Source: an uncultured Acidobacteriota bacterium (GTDB lineage Bacteria > Acidobacteriota > UBA6911). From it: DNA of 64,000 nucleotides. A model generated the notes under the pieces. That model worked only from the letters and a program-made list of their open reading frames with translations, had not been told where the DNA came from and searched no databases. How positions within the stretch are numbered: the first letter of the stretch is position 1; every line of letters starts with the position of its first letter. The DNA is taken from assembly GCA_963843575.1 (NCBI GenBank), contig CAWJKZ010000014.1:160001-224000 (forward strand). Direction: 5' to 3'. Positions 50,574 to 63,790 of the stretch are shown here, in pieces. A program made the translations under genes and the position numbers.

Positions 50574-51853
50574 TCTCGGCTGCCCGGCGGTTCGCCTGCA
50601 ATGTCCTCGCCGAAGTGGAGCTCAGAGGCGTCTACAGCGATTTTGCGCTCAATTCGCCGGGGTTGACGCAGCTGGAAGAGCGCGACCGCCACTTGGCGAC
50701 CGAATTGGTCTACGGCGTGCTGCGCTGGCAGAGCCTGATCGATTGCCTAATCGCGCGCGTGAGTTCCCGCCCGTTGGACAGCATCGACACCGGTGTCCGT
50801 ATCGCCCTCCGGATGGCGGTCTATCAGCTCTGGCGCATGGACCGCGTTCCGGCCCACGCCGCGGTGGACGAAGCGGTCCAGCTCGCGAGGAACGCAGCAG
50901 GGAAGGGCGCATCCGGATTCGCCAACGGGATCTTGAGGCAGCTCGGCCGCACAACCCCATGGAAGCAAGGCGGCTTCGAAAAGGAATTTCCCGCCTGGAT
51001 CCGCTGTTCCGTGCCGGAATGGTTGTGGAACAGATGGGAAGCGCGCTGGGGTTACGAGCGCACCCTCACGTTTGCACTCTCCCTGAACGAGACTCCGTCG
51101 CGCGCCTGCCGGACGTTTCACGCGGACCCGCCTCCCGGTCATCCGGGGGCAACGCCCTCCCCCATCGTCCCGGGTGCGTACTTCGTGACAGCTTCGTCAC
51201 CGGTCCCGGGACCTTCCGTGCACTTCCAGGACGAGGCTTCGCAGTTGGTGCCCTTCCTCTTCGGGGATGTCCGGGGCTGGAGAATCTGGGACGCGTGCGC
51301 GGCCCCAGGCGGGAAGGCGGCTATCCTGACGGTGGCGGCAGGACCGCGGGGTTGCGTGGTGTCGAGCGAACTGCGTCAACACCGCGCCCGCCGCATGGCG
51401 CAAATGCTCACGCGCTTGACTGGCGGGCACCCGGACATCGTGGTTCTGGATGCGAGGGCGACGCCTCCCTTTTCCCGGCCGTTTGACGCCGTGCTGGCAG
51501 ACGTCCCCTGTTCCGGGCTGGGGACGTTGAGGCGCAACCCGGAAATAAGGTGGCGCTTCAATCCATTGGAATTGCCGAAGATGGCGAGGGCACAGGGGGA
51601 CATCCTGCGGTCGGTTGCCGCCGCCGTGCGCCTCGGGGGTTACCTCCTCTACTCCACATGTTCCACAGAACCAGAAGAGAACGAGCAGGTTGTCGATGCG
51701 TTTCTCGCGGCCAGCCCGGGATTCGAGTTGGCGCGGCCGGGCTCTCCGGATGGCGTCGTCGCGTGGCTCGACACCCGGGGGCTGCTGCGGACCTTCCCGT
51801 CGGAGCACCGCTGGGATGGGTTCTTTGGGGCGTTAATGTTGCGGCGCAGTTAG
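50570..51853 (+). CDS. rsmB: 16S rRNA m5C967 methyltransferase
   Basis: NusB-like N-domain, QDEASQ, DACAAPGGK, DVPCSGLG, YSTCS, DGFF. Confidence 0.9.
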   Translation: MISAARRFACNVLAEVELRGVYSDFALNSPGLTQLEERDRHLATELVYGVLRWQSLIDCLIARVSSRPLDSIDTGVRIALRMAVYQLWRMDRVPAHAAVDEAVQLARNAAGKGASGFANGILRQLGRTTPWKQGGFEKEFPAWIRCSVPEWLWNRWEARWGYERTLTFALSLNETPSRACRTFHADPPPGHPGATPSPIVPGAYFVTASSPVPGPSVHFQDEASQLVPFLFGDVRGWRIWDACAAPGGKAAILTVAAGPRGCVVSSELRQHRARRMAQMLTRLTGGHPDIVVLDARATPPFSRPFDAVLADVPCSGLGTLRRNPEIRWRFNPLELPKMARAQGDILRSVAAAVRLGGYLLYSTCSTEPEENEQVVDAFLAASPGFELARPGSPDGVVAWLDTRGLLRTFPSEHRWDGFFGALMLRRS

Positions 51854-51931
51854 ACTTACAAGCTATCCGCCTTGAATCCGTATCCTCGCTGTGCTACCCT
51901 GCATCGGTTAGGCAAAGGTGGAAAACGATCA

Positions 51932-52624
51932 TTGGGACGGACTATCGAAATCGCGCCTTCGATTCTCTCCGCTGACTTCGCCAACTTGGCCCGGGAAATC
52001 GAGAGGGTAGAGGCAGGGGGAGCGGACCTTTTGCACCTCGACATCATGGACGGGCACTTCGTCCCGAACATCACCATTGGGCCGCCCGTTGTGGCATCCA
52101 TCCGCAAGGTCACCCGCCTGCCACTGGACACGCACCTGATGGTTTCCGAACCTGCCCGGTATGTGCAGGATCTGGCCCAGGCCGGCGCAAACTGGATCTC
52201 GGCGCATGTGGAAGCAGACGCTCATCTGGCCCGCACCCTGCAGTTTATCCGGAGCTGCGGGATCCGGGCGGGTGTGGCGATAAACCCCGGTAGCCCCTTG
52301 AGTTTGCTTGAAGAGGTGCTGGATCAGGTGGATTACGTGCTGATCATGAGCGTCAACCCCGGATTCGGTGGCCAGGCATTTATTCCTTCGGCTCGGCACA
52401 AAATTCGGAAACTTCGTGAGATGATTACGTCTTATGGATGTGACGCCCGGATCGAGGTCGATGGCGGCATCGGCCTCGACAATCTGGACGACGTCCTTGG
52501 TGCCGGTGCGGACATCATCGTGGCCGGTTCCGCCATTTTCACCGCGGCGGACGGGGCGACGAATGCCACCCGCAGCATGAAAGACATTGCCGACCGGCAC
52601 GCCCGGGTTCTTGAGACTACTTGA
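51932..52624 (+). CDS. rpe: Ribulose-phosphate 3-epimerase
   Basis: IAPSILSADF, HLDIMDGHFVPN, MSVNPGFGGQ, EVDGG; promoter TTGAAT-N17-TACCCT at 51872-51900. Confidence 0.95.
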   Translation: MGRTIEIAPSILSADFANLAREIERVEAGGADLLHLDIMDGHFVPNITIGPPVVASIRKVTRLPLDTHLMVSEPARYVQDLAQAGANWISAHVEADAHLARTLQFIRSCGIRAGVAINPGSPLSLLEEVLDQVDYVLIMSVNPGFGGQAFIPSARHKIRKLREMITSYGCDARIEVDGGIGLDNLDDVLGAGADIIVAGSAIFTAADGATNATRSMKDIADRHARVLETT

Positions 52625-52659
52625 CCCCGAGTTTGGTCCTCGCATTTGGAGGTGAGGTC

Positions 52660-53824
52660 ATGCGATCAGTCAAATCAATCGCGCTGCTTTTCTTTTGGGC
52701 GCTCGTCTTGGCCGGGTGTGGTCAAAAGGGTGCCAAGCTGCAGAAGAGTGTCGTCCCACCCGACCGGACCCTGTTCGAGACAGGGGACGATTACCTGAAG
52801 AAGAGCCAGTACATCAAGGCGCGACTCGCGTTTCAAACGCTGATCAACACCTACCCTGACAGCGATCTGGCCGCAGACTCCTACCTCGCCATCGGGGACT
52901 CGTTCTACAGCGAGGGGTCGACTGAAAATTACCTGCAGGCGGAAGAGCAGTACAAGAATTTCATCATTTTCTTTCCGACGAACCCCAAGGCCGCCGACGC
53001 CCAGATGAAGATCGTATCGCTCAACATGAAGATGATGCGCTCGCCGGATCGCGATCCCACCTATTCCGTGAAGGCGGAGGCGGCGATCAAGCGCTTTCTC
53101 GAGACGTTCCCCGACAGCGACTATGTCCCGATGGCGAAGCAATACCTGAAGGAAGTGCAGGAGAATCTCGCGCAGTCCGACTTCGGCGTTGGGATGTTTT
53201 ACGCTCAGAAGGGTAACCACGTCGGGCGCGAAATCGCGCTTCAAGGAAATCACCGAAAAGTACAAGGAGTTCTCGGCCATGGACGAGGCGCTGTTCCGTC
53301 TCGCCGAGTCGCTCGAAAAAACCGAGAACCCGGACGAGGCGGCGATATATTACGGCGAGCTGGCCAAGGGCTTTCCGTTCAGCGGGTATTACGATGAGGC
53401 CAAGGGCCGGCTCGAGAAACTGGGCAAGTCCGTGCCGACCGTCGACCAGCAGCTGGCGGCGAGAAACCAGGGCAACTTGAAGCAGCCGGAGCCTTTTTCG
53501 CCACTGAAACCCTTCACCAGTTTTCTGAGCGCGCTCGGGTTCATCGGCAACGAGGATCGCTACGAGCTCGCGAAGAAGACCGTCGAGGCCCAGAAGGCCG
53601 AAGCGGCAGCGGTTCAAGCCGGGCAGACGGGGGAGTCGTCAACCGCCGACGGAGTGCAGATCGAGGCGATCCTGAAGAAAGACGCCTCGGGCCAGACGCA
53701 GCAGTCGGCCGTCCTGGGCTCAGCAGGAGCTAACGGTTCGCAGCAGGCCTCCGATAAGAACGGAGACAAGAAGAAAGACGTCGGAAAAAACAGCAAGAAG
53801 AAGAACACGAAGAAACCGTCCTGA
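52660..53824 (+). CDS. bamD: Outer membrane protein assembly lipoprotein BamD (frameshift near 53220)
   Basis: Lipobox LAGC; TPR helices ARLAFQTLINTYPDS, YKNFIIFFP, PDRDPT; follows rpe. Confidence 0.85.
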
Positions 53825-53832
53825 GTGGGATT

Positions 53833-54811
53833 ATGGCAAAGAAGCTCCTGGTCGCAGACGATAGTGTCACGATTCAGAAGGTGGTTCAGCTGACGTTCGC
53901 GGGCGAAGACGTCGCGATCGAGGCTGTCTCCAGCGGCGATCAGGCGGTCGAGAAGGCGCGCGCGCTGCGGCCCGACATGATGCTCGCGGACGTCTACATG
54001 CCGGGGCTGAACGGATACGAAGTGTGCTCGAGCATCAAAGCCGACGCTGAACTCGCCGGGACCCCGGTCGTCCTGCTGGTCGGGACGTTCGAACCGTTCG
54101 ACGAGGCTGAAGCGGCGCGTGTGCGGTCGGACGGGCATCTGACGAAGCCGTTTGACACCTCGGAACTGATCCAACTCGTCCGGTCGCTGATCGACACGGG
54201 ATGCGCCGGCAAGCCCGAACGGGAGCTGCCCCGGGTCGGCCGGCGGCGCTTGTGCCCTCCAGGCGCCGGGCGCGGCGATCGGCGCCGGAGCACCCGGTCC
54301 GCACCTGGTCAGCGTCCGCGCTCGGGACTCGTTTCTGGGGGACGGTCGGATCCTCGACGTTTTCGCACCCCAGATGCTTGCGGCGGTTCTGACACCGGTT
54401 CCCCATAGCGCCCGTGGAGCGTCGCGGCCGGATCCGCCAGTCCGCGGAGCCGGCATCGGTGGCCGCGGCGACCGGGAGCCGGAGCCGACCCAGGAAGCAA
54501 AACCGCGTCTGGCGGCCGCTCCCCAGGTGATACCGTTTCCCGCAAACCGGCAGCCGGACAGCGCCGCGGAGGGGGTCGAACTTCCCGAGGAGATCGTGAA
54601 CCTGATCGTCGACCGCGTCGTGCGCCGCATGTCGCCGGATGTCATCCGCGACGTGGCGTGGGAAGTGATCCCGGAACTCGCCGAGATCATCATCCGCCAG
54701 ATAATCAACGAGAAAGGGCTGCCGCCCCAGGTCACAGCCGTGACTGCCCGCGGTGCCGCGTCACTCCGCTCGACATCCGGTCTGCTAGACTCCAACTCCG
54801 AGTTCGCATAG
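53833..54811 (+). CDS. RomR-like response regulator (receiver, Pro/Ala linker, conserved C-terminal helix; apparent frameshifts at 54200-54330)
   Basis: LLVADDSVTIQKVV...LADVYMPG.NGYEVC...VVLLVGTFEPFDE...TKPF; C-terminal VIRDVAWEVIPELAEIIIR. Confidence 0.7.
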
Positions 54812-54946
54812 AATAAAAGCTTTTGCACGGCGCATGACGCTCCCTTGGAGGTCCGCTCTGTCGGCAGGGGCCGCACGCAGGGTCCTGCGGGAATGGACTG
54901 CGGATGCGCCCCAGAGTCGTTCGTTTCGCATCCCCTCGAGGTTTGC

Positions 54947-57617
<2,671 letters not shown>

Positions 57618-57621
<4 letters not shown>

Positions 57622-58606
57622 ACGGCAAACTCGAGTTGCCCGATCTTCTGAACGACCTGGCTCGGGCCGGCGAGGCGGGACTCCCGCTCCCCCGGGACCC
57701 GGGCGCACAGCGCGATATCGAGCTGTGCCGGGAGTGGGGCTTTACCGTCGCCGCGGCCGGCGGCCGCATCGTGCTGCGCGCGGGACGAGGACGCGCTGGT
57801 CCCCGCCTGGATAGAACAGGAGAGTGTGGCCAGGGCGTGGGAGCGGCTGCGTGTCGCTGGGTTTCTCCGCCTGGGTTCCACCAACGACGAGGCGTGTAGC
57901 TTGGCGCGGGGAGGGGCCGCGGCGGGACGCCTCGTGGTTGCAGAGCAGCAGACCGCCGGGAAAGGGCGGAAGGGGAGGTACTGGAACTCTCCCGCCCGGG
58001 CTGGACTGTACTTCTCGCTGTTGATCAGACCCTCCCAGCACTTGAGGTACTGGCCCATCCTGACGCACGCGACCGCATTGGCGCTGGTGGAGACGCTGCG
58101 GCAAATCCCGGGGACAGCGGGCCGGCAGCTGGACATCGACCTCAAGTGGCCGAATGACGTGCTGCTGTCCGGACGCAAGACCGCCGGCATCCTGCTCGAA
58201 ACTGCCGTGCGACGCGCAGGGAGGCCAGGCGGCCGTGGTCGGTGTCGGCATCAATACGTCGCGTTCGGCCGTGCCGGACGAACTCGCCGAAACGGCGACG
58301 TCCGTCGAGGCCGAGGCAGGCGTCGTCGTGCCGCGGCGCCCTCTTCTCGTTCGCTTTCTCGATCAGTTTCAGACCGTGTACGCGGTGTTCGAGAAGGGGG
58401 AGCACGACGCCCTCCTCGAGCACTGGAAGGCGTGCTCCACGATGTGGAACAGAACCCCCGTCACGGTGACGGACGGCGCAGGCACACGGCTTGGCGTCAC
58501 GTGCGGCCTCACCGAGATCGGCGCGTTGCGCGTGCGTCTGGCGGGAGGGACGGAGGAAACCGTTTTGGCCGGCGACGTGAGCGTGCGGCGCGGGGCAGGG
58601 GATTGA
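57618..58606 (+). CDS. birA: Biotin--[acetyl-CoA carboxylase] ligase (apparent frameshifts near 57780 and 58215)
   Basis: GSTND, AEQQTAGKGRKGRYW, LKWPNDV, KTAGILLE, VGVGIN, AGDVSVR. Confidence 0.85.
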
Positions 58607-58608
58607 CA

Positions 58609-59586
58609 ATGTTCTTCAGGAAATCCGCCAAAGAGACTGCGGCGCAAAACCCCGGTTTTTTCGAGCGCATGAAGCAGGCCCTCGGCGCGACCAAGGATAA
58701 TCTCGTCGCCCGGATCGAGCAGGTCCTTTCGAGCAGTCCCGCGCTCGGTGAAAGCACCTTCGAGGAACTCGAGGGCGTCCTGCTCGGCGCCGACCTCGGG
58801 GTGCGCGCGACCAGTCGCATCATGGACGAAATTCGTGAGCAGCACCGCCGAAACCTGGTCAGAACGCCGGAAGACGTGCGCGCTTCCATCAGGAAGCAGC
58901 TGCTCGCCATTCTGGAAGCCAAGGCCGCCGTCGAAACTCCGCCGGCCGAGATCGCCCAGGAGGTGTGGATGGTGGTCGGGGTCAACGGCACGGGGAAGAC
59001 GACGACGGTCGGGAAACTCGCGGCACGGCTGGCGAGGGACGGGAAGAAGGTGCTGGTCTGCGCAGCCGATACGTTCCGGCCTGCGGCGATCGAGCAGCTC
59101 ACGGTGTGGGCCGAGCGCTCGGGGACCGAACTGATCAAGAGCCGGATCGGGGCCGACCCCTCCGCCGTGCTGCACGACGCGCTCGCGGCGGCCGGCGCAC
59201 GCAAGTCCGACATCGTCCTAGTCGACACGGCGGGCCGCCTGCATACCCGGAGCAACCTGATGCAGGAACTGGAGAAGATGCGCCGGGTGGCCGGCCGCAA
59301 ACTGCCGGGATCCCCGCACGAGGTTCTGCTGGTGCTCGACGCCACAACCGGGCAGAACGGGCTGTCGCAGGCCAAAGAGTTCATGAAGAGCACCGGGGTG
59401 ACCGGGCTGATCGTGACCAAGCTGGACGGGACGGCCAAAGGCGGAATCCTGTTCAGCATATGTCAGGAAATGCGCATCCCGGTGCGGTATATCGGGGTAG
59501 GGGAGTCGATCGACGATCTGCTCGAGTTCTCTCCCGAGGCTTTCGTCGATTCGCTGTTTGGCGACAACCCCAGGACGGGTGCCTGA
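58609..59586 (+). CDS. ftsY: Signal recognition particle receptor FtsY
   Basis: GVNGTGKTTT, DTFRPAA, DTAGRL, DATTGQN, TKLDGTAKGG. Confidence 0.95.
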   Translation: MFFRKSAKETAAQNPGFFERMKQALGATKDNLVARIEQVLSSSPALGESTFEELEGVLLGADLGVRATSRIMDEIREQHRRNLVRTPEDVRASIRKQLLAILEAKAAVETPPAEIAQEVWMVVGVNGTGKTTTVGKLAARLARDGKKVLVCAADTFRPAAIEQLTVWAERSGTELIKSRIGADPSAVLHDALAAAGARKSDIVLVDTAGRLHTRSNLMQELEKMRRVAGRKLPGSPHEVLLVLDATTGQNGLSQAKEFMKSTGVTGLIVTKLDGTAKGGILFSICQEMRIPVRYIGVGESIDDLLEFSPEAFVDSLFGDNPRTGA

Positions 59587-59735
59587 TCCGGGTCAAGGGC
59601 AGAAGCAGAACGCGGATTTGCCGAGTTCACACAGATCGGTCGCGGCCCGTCACCAATGCCTTTGTTTTTGACCTGCGTGGTTCCACACCCATCCGCGTCC
59701 GACAAAACGTCATCCGTACTCGTGCAATTGACCAC

Positions 59736-60410
59736 TCAGGCGACGGAGATGAGCGCGCGCGGGCTGAGCAGGATGATGCGTCGCTGATCCATCGTGATGA
59801 TTCCCTTTTTCTGGAGTCTGGCCAGCGTTCGGGTGACGGTCTCGCGCGACGTTCCCACCATCTCCGCGAGTTCCTGGTGCGTGATCTTCAGGTCGATGAT
59901 GATGCCGCGCGCATCGGCCACCCCGTGTTTGCGCGAGAGTTGCAGGATCCCGCCGCGGATGCGGGCGTCCGCCGTGCTGTAGTTGAGGGACTGGATCTGT
60001 CCCCACACGTGGCGCAGTCGCGAACAGAGCACCTGGATGATCTGCTGCACGACCTTGTCGTTGGTCATCAGGAACCGGTGAAAGTCGCCGCTGGTGATCG
60101 ATACTATCCGGCAATCTTCCATGGCCGAGACGGTGGCGGGGGACGTCTTGCCGTCAAGGAGCGCCATTTCGCCGAAAAAATCCCCTTGGCGATGAATCGC
60201 CAGAATCGTTTCCTTTCCGTTGGCAGTGGACTTGGTGACCTTCACCTTGCCGGACAGCACGATGTACATGTAGTTGCCGGCTTCCTCCTCCAGGAACACG
60301 ACCTGATTCCGCTGGTAATTGCGCACCAGGAAGATGTGCTCGATGCTCTTGAACTCGCTGTCGGACAGTGTGGCGAAAAGCGGGACACGCCGGATAAAGT
60401 CAGTTCTCAT
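59736..60410 (-). CDS. Crp/Fnr family transcriptional regulator
   Basis: cNMP-binding domain (GDFFGEMALLD), HTH ITHQELAEMVGTSRETVTR. Confidence 0.9.
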   Translation of the reverse strand: MRTDFIRRVPLFATLSDSEFKSIEHIFLVRNYQRNQVVFLEEEAGNYMYIVLSGKVKVTKSTANGKETILAIHRQGDFFGEMALLDGKTSPATVSAMEDCRIVSITSGDFHRFLMTNDKVVQQIIQVLCSRLRHVWGQIQSLNYSTADARIRGGILQLSRKHGVADARGIIIDLKITHQELAEMVGTSRETVTRTLARLQKKGIITMDQRRIILLSPRALISVA

Positions 60411-61506
60411 CGATTTTCAGCCGAATGATCTCAGTGCGCTCCGGCCGGTCCATGAAATTGTTGGGCGCGTATTCCCTCATGAAGACGCGCACCAGGGCAA
60501 ACGTCACGCCCAGCAGGAGCGATACACCGCATAGAAGCGCCGTGAAGACAAGGGACCGCACGACGGTTCCGAGGATTCCCATCGGAATGCCCCAGACGGT
60601 GCCGGTGCGGCGGTTCTTGTCGTAAATCCACTTGATCGAGTACCGATACTGCACCGATTCAAGGATCTGATCGGCAGATTCCGGGCTGAAATTACCCTCC
60701 AAAAATGCCAGGACCGGGCCGGCCCTGCGGGTGTAGACCTTTTCGCCAGGCCGGGGCGCCGCCGCCAGCGTGGCGGCGACCTGGTCGAAATACTCCTCGG
60801 AGAGCTGGCTGGTGGGGAAGCTGACCATCGTCAGCAGGCCCTGTTGACCAGGCAGTGCGTAGGACGCTTGCGCCGCCTCCATGTCCGGCTTGAAGTGCAA
60901 CTGGCCGCCTGCGATGGGCCTGCCATAGGCCCCGAACGCACGCGGCCCGAGGAAGTAACGCAGCGAGGCGGCATCATACCCTTCCGGCGAGAGGTGCGCC
61001 GTGAGAGACACGGCAGCCGGTTCGCGCTCGCCGATCCGGTTGCTTACCGAGGTTGCCACGCGTCGCGCGAGGTCTCCCCCGCCATCGCTTTTCACCCGCA
61101 CCCAGAAGTTGCCCCTGGCAAACTGCCGGTCCGCGTCGGTCGCCGAGGTCCAGTCGCCCGGAGGGCCCGCCACGGCGGGCGCCTTGCGCAACAGCGTGAG
61201 GAGGGAGTACGCGGCCTTGGCGTCCCTCATGGTCGCGACTTCGATCGATAGCGACCCACCAGGGACGGCGTAGACGCGGCGGGTATACTTTTGCAGCCCG
61301 GCTTCGTCGATCAGGTCCGCGCCTTCCACGATCCCCGCGCCGAGCGCTCGCTCGGAACTGACGTCGGACCGCACCCCCTCGAGTTCCCTGAACTCCAGAT
61401 CCGCCGGGAAGAAATCGCGCCCCACGAACTGGGTCTGCGCGGGCAGCGTGGCGGTTCCAGCCGCCAGCACCAATAATGTCCACCATATAACCGCAACTGT
61501 TCTCAT
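60400..61506 (-). CDS. Exported protein with C-terminal TM anchor (DUF6599-like)
   Basis: Signal peptide, DAKAAYSLLT, RYFLGP, YTRRAGP; C-terminal hydrophobic helix. Coupled to the amidase and Crp genes. Confidence 0.65.
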   Translation of the reverse strand: MRTVAVIWWTLLVLAAGTATLPAQTQFVGRDFFPADLEFRELEGVRSDVSSERALGAGIVEGADLIDEAGLQKYTRRVYAVPGGSLSIEVATMRDAKAAYSLLTLLRKAPAVAGPPGDWTSATDADRQFARGNFWVRVKSDGGGDLARRVATSVSNRIGEREPAAVSLTAHLSPEGYDAASLRYFLGPRAFGAYGRPIAGGQLHFKPDMEAAQASYALPGQQGLLTMVSFPTSQLSEEYFDQVAATLAAAPRPGEKVYTRRAGPVLAFLEGNFSPESADQILESVQYRYSIKWIYDKNRRTGTVWGIPMGILGTVVRSLVFTALLCGVSLLLGVTFALVRVFMREYAPNNFMDRPERTEIIRLKIDEN

Positions 61507-63693
61507 TTAGTTCGCATCCGACTGGCTCTGGGCGACGTCGCCTCCGAGCGTCTTTGTGTATCCCTCGATGCCAGAAAAAAGTGCCTTGGCCACGCGCTGC
61601 ACGCTGTCCTCTTTTCGCAGCGTCCTTTCGTCCCGAGGGTTGCTGATGAAGGCTACCTCCGCGAGAACGGACGGCATGTTGGCGCCGATGAGGACCACAA
61701 ACGGGGCGCTGCGCACCCCCCGGTTCTTGGAGGAGGGGAGCATCGGCTGGAGTCCCGCGTGGAGCCTCTTCTGGAGAATGGCTGCGAGCTCGCGCGATTC
61801 CGCCGATTTTTCGGCCTGGGCGATCTTCCGGACCAGGTCCTGCAATTCGTGCACGCTCCGCGCCGAGGCCGCATTCTCCCTGGCGGCAATCTCCCGATCC
61901 GCCGCGCTGCGGGCAAAATTGAGGAAGTAGGTTTCCACGCCGCTGGTGTTCTTGTTGCTGGCCGAGTTTGCATGAATGGACAGGAACAGGTCGGCCTTCT
62001 TCTGATTGGCGAGCGCGGTTCGCTCCTCGAGCGGCACGAACACATCCGTCTCGCGCGTGAGGATCACCTCCGCCCCGAGCTTGTCCTCCAGCAGCCTGCG
62101 CAGTTCGAGCGCTACCCCCAGCACAAGATCTTTTTCCCGCAGCCCCCCTCGGCCGATCGTGCCCGTATCATGCCCGCCATGCCCGGGATCGATCACGATT
62201 CGACCTATCTTCAAACCGAGCATGCGCGTCATTGTGCGGTTGCCCATGCTGGTCGGCGAAGCTGGCCTCGGGGCGGAGCCGGGCACCACCGGAGCGGATG
62301 GAATATCCGGCGCCCGGGCGGGAACGGCCGCCGCCGGCGCCGGCTGCGGGCGGACGGGTTCCCTGGCCGATGGCGTGTTTGCCGCTGCCCGGTCCGAGCC
62401 GGGGGAAGGCGATTTCTTCGGTTCAGGGGCCGCGGGGATTATGGGAAGCGGCGGGCTGGATATGTAGGCCGCGACAGACTCCCTCTGCCTCTGCGTTGAA
62501 ACGGGCTCCTGGGGCAGTGGGGAGACGGCTTGGGCGGGATCGGACTTCTTTGAACCGGGCTCGAGTTGGATCGTCTCAGAGGTCGGCTTTTCCGGAAAGT
62601 CCTGCTTCTGTCGGAGCGCGGGCCGCAGTCCTTCGGGGGACACCGATCTGGGCTCGGGCAGCCTGCCCGGTTGGACTGAGGACGAGGCCGCCGCCGCAAC
62701 CCGGCTGCTTTCTCCGACCGCATCCCCGGGGCGCGGTGCCCGGAGAGAGCCCGGGGACTCCTTTGAGGCCATGGAGCCGCCGATCCCGTGCACATCGATC
62801 ACAATCCGGAAAGGGTCGTGCAACTCGACGACGGAGAATTCGGTGGAGGAGGCGAAATCCAGCACGACCCGCACCACGCCGGCGCGGTTCTGCGCGATCC
62901 TGATCTGCTGGAGAAACTCGTCGCTCACGCTAAACTTTTTGTTGAACAAATCTGATGTAACTCTGGCATTAGAAATATCAAAAAAGACACGATCCGGATT
63001 GACGATGCGAGTCTTCTGGTACGAAGTCTCGCCGTCGAGGTCGATGATGACCCTGGTGTAATCCTTAGTGGACCAGTATCGGATGTTCTCGACGGCAGCC
63101 ATCGGGCCGCGGGCGGGGGGACGAGCCGGAGCGTCGGCCTCCGGTTGCGGCTTTTTGCCGGGTGCCGGGATCGGAGCTCCGGCCAGGGATGCTCCGGCGG
63201 GCGACGATTTGTACCGTGTTTTCAACCGCTCGTGAGCTTCCCGGGCGCATTCCGGGTCTTTCAGCGGCCCGGCGCAGAGCTTTCCCAACCTGAGCAGGGC
63301 ATCCGGGCAGCGCGGGCTGGCGGGGTAATCGGACAAGAGATAACGATAGAGTCTCGCAGCGCGGGTGTAGAAATCCGGCTCGGCGAGTTTTTCGGCCAGC
63401 GCCTGGAAAAGCTCGCCCGCTTCGTAGATGGCGTCGTCGCTTCCACCAAAATGCGGATCGTAGGCGTACACCTCCTGGTACGTCCGAATGCAGAAGAGGT
63501 ACGGCTCCCTCGGGGAGCCCTGAAGCGAGGCCAGTTGCTCCCTCAATGCCCGGGCTTTTTCCAGAGCCCGCTCGGCGGCTTCCCTATCCCAAGTCTTTGA
63601 AATAAAAAGACTTGACATCAAGAAAAGCACCGTCCCGACCGTGATACAGTACTTCAAGCCCGCGGTGGGGAGACCGAACCGGGGGAGAATCAT
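61507..63693 (-). CDS. N-acetylmuramoyl-L-alanine amidase with TPR and AMIN domains
   Basis: TPR-like N-terminus; AMIN domain (IRYWSTKDYTRVIIDL...PFRIVIDV); Amidase_3 (IDPGHGGHD, LREKD, SIHAN, APFVVL, PSVLAEVAFISN). Confidence 0.9.
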   Translation of the reverse strand: MILPRFGLPTAGLKYCITVGTVLFLMSSLFISKTWDREAAERALEKARALREQLASLQGSPREPYLFCIRTYQEVYAYDPHFGGSDDAIYEAGELFQALAEKLAEPDFYTRAARLYRYLLSDYPASPRCPDALLRLGKLCAGPLKDPECAREAHERLKTRYKSSPAGASLAGAPIPAPGKKPQPEADAPARPPARGPMAAVENIRYWSTKDYTRVIIDLDGETSYQKTRIVNPDRVFFDISNARVTSDLFNKKFSVSDEFLQQIRIAQNRAGVVRVVLDFASSTEFSVVELHDPFRIVIDVHGIGGSMASKESPGSLRAPRPGDAVGESSRVAAAASSSVQPGRLPEPRSVSPEGLRPALRQKQDFPEKPTSETIQLEPGSKKSDPAQAVSPLPQEPVSTQRQRESVAAYISSPPLPIIPAAPEPKKSPSPGSDRAAANTPSAREPVRPQPAPAAAVPARAPDIPSAPVVPGSAPRPASPTSMGNRTMTRMLGLKIGRIVIDPGHGGHDTGTIGRGGLREKDLVLGVALELRRLLEDKLGAEVILTRETDVFVPLEERTALANQKKADLFLSIHANSASNKNTSGVETYFLNFARSAADREIAARENAASARSVHELQDLVRKIAQAEKSAESRELAAILQKRLHAGLQPMLPSSKNRGVRSAPFVVLIGANMPSVLAEVAFISNPRDERTLRKEDSVQRVAKALFSGIEGYTKTLGGDVAQSQSDAN

Positions 63694-63700
63694 AGCAGGA

Positions 63701-63729
63701 ATTTTAGCCGCCCCGACCGCAACTGTCAA
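63701..63729 (-). promoter_or_regulatory. sigma70 promoter of the amidase (predicted leaderless)
   Basis: TTGACA-N17-TAAAAT, then 7 nt to ATG 63693. Confidence 0.65.
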
Positions 63730-63790
63730 GCATAAACCCTTGGGAAGTCATTGAAACTAGGATACTTGCAGTGGGGCGCCAAAACTGCGC

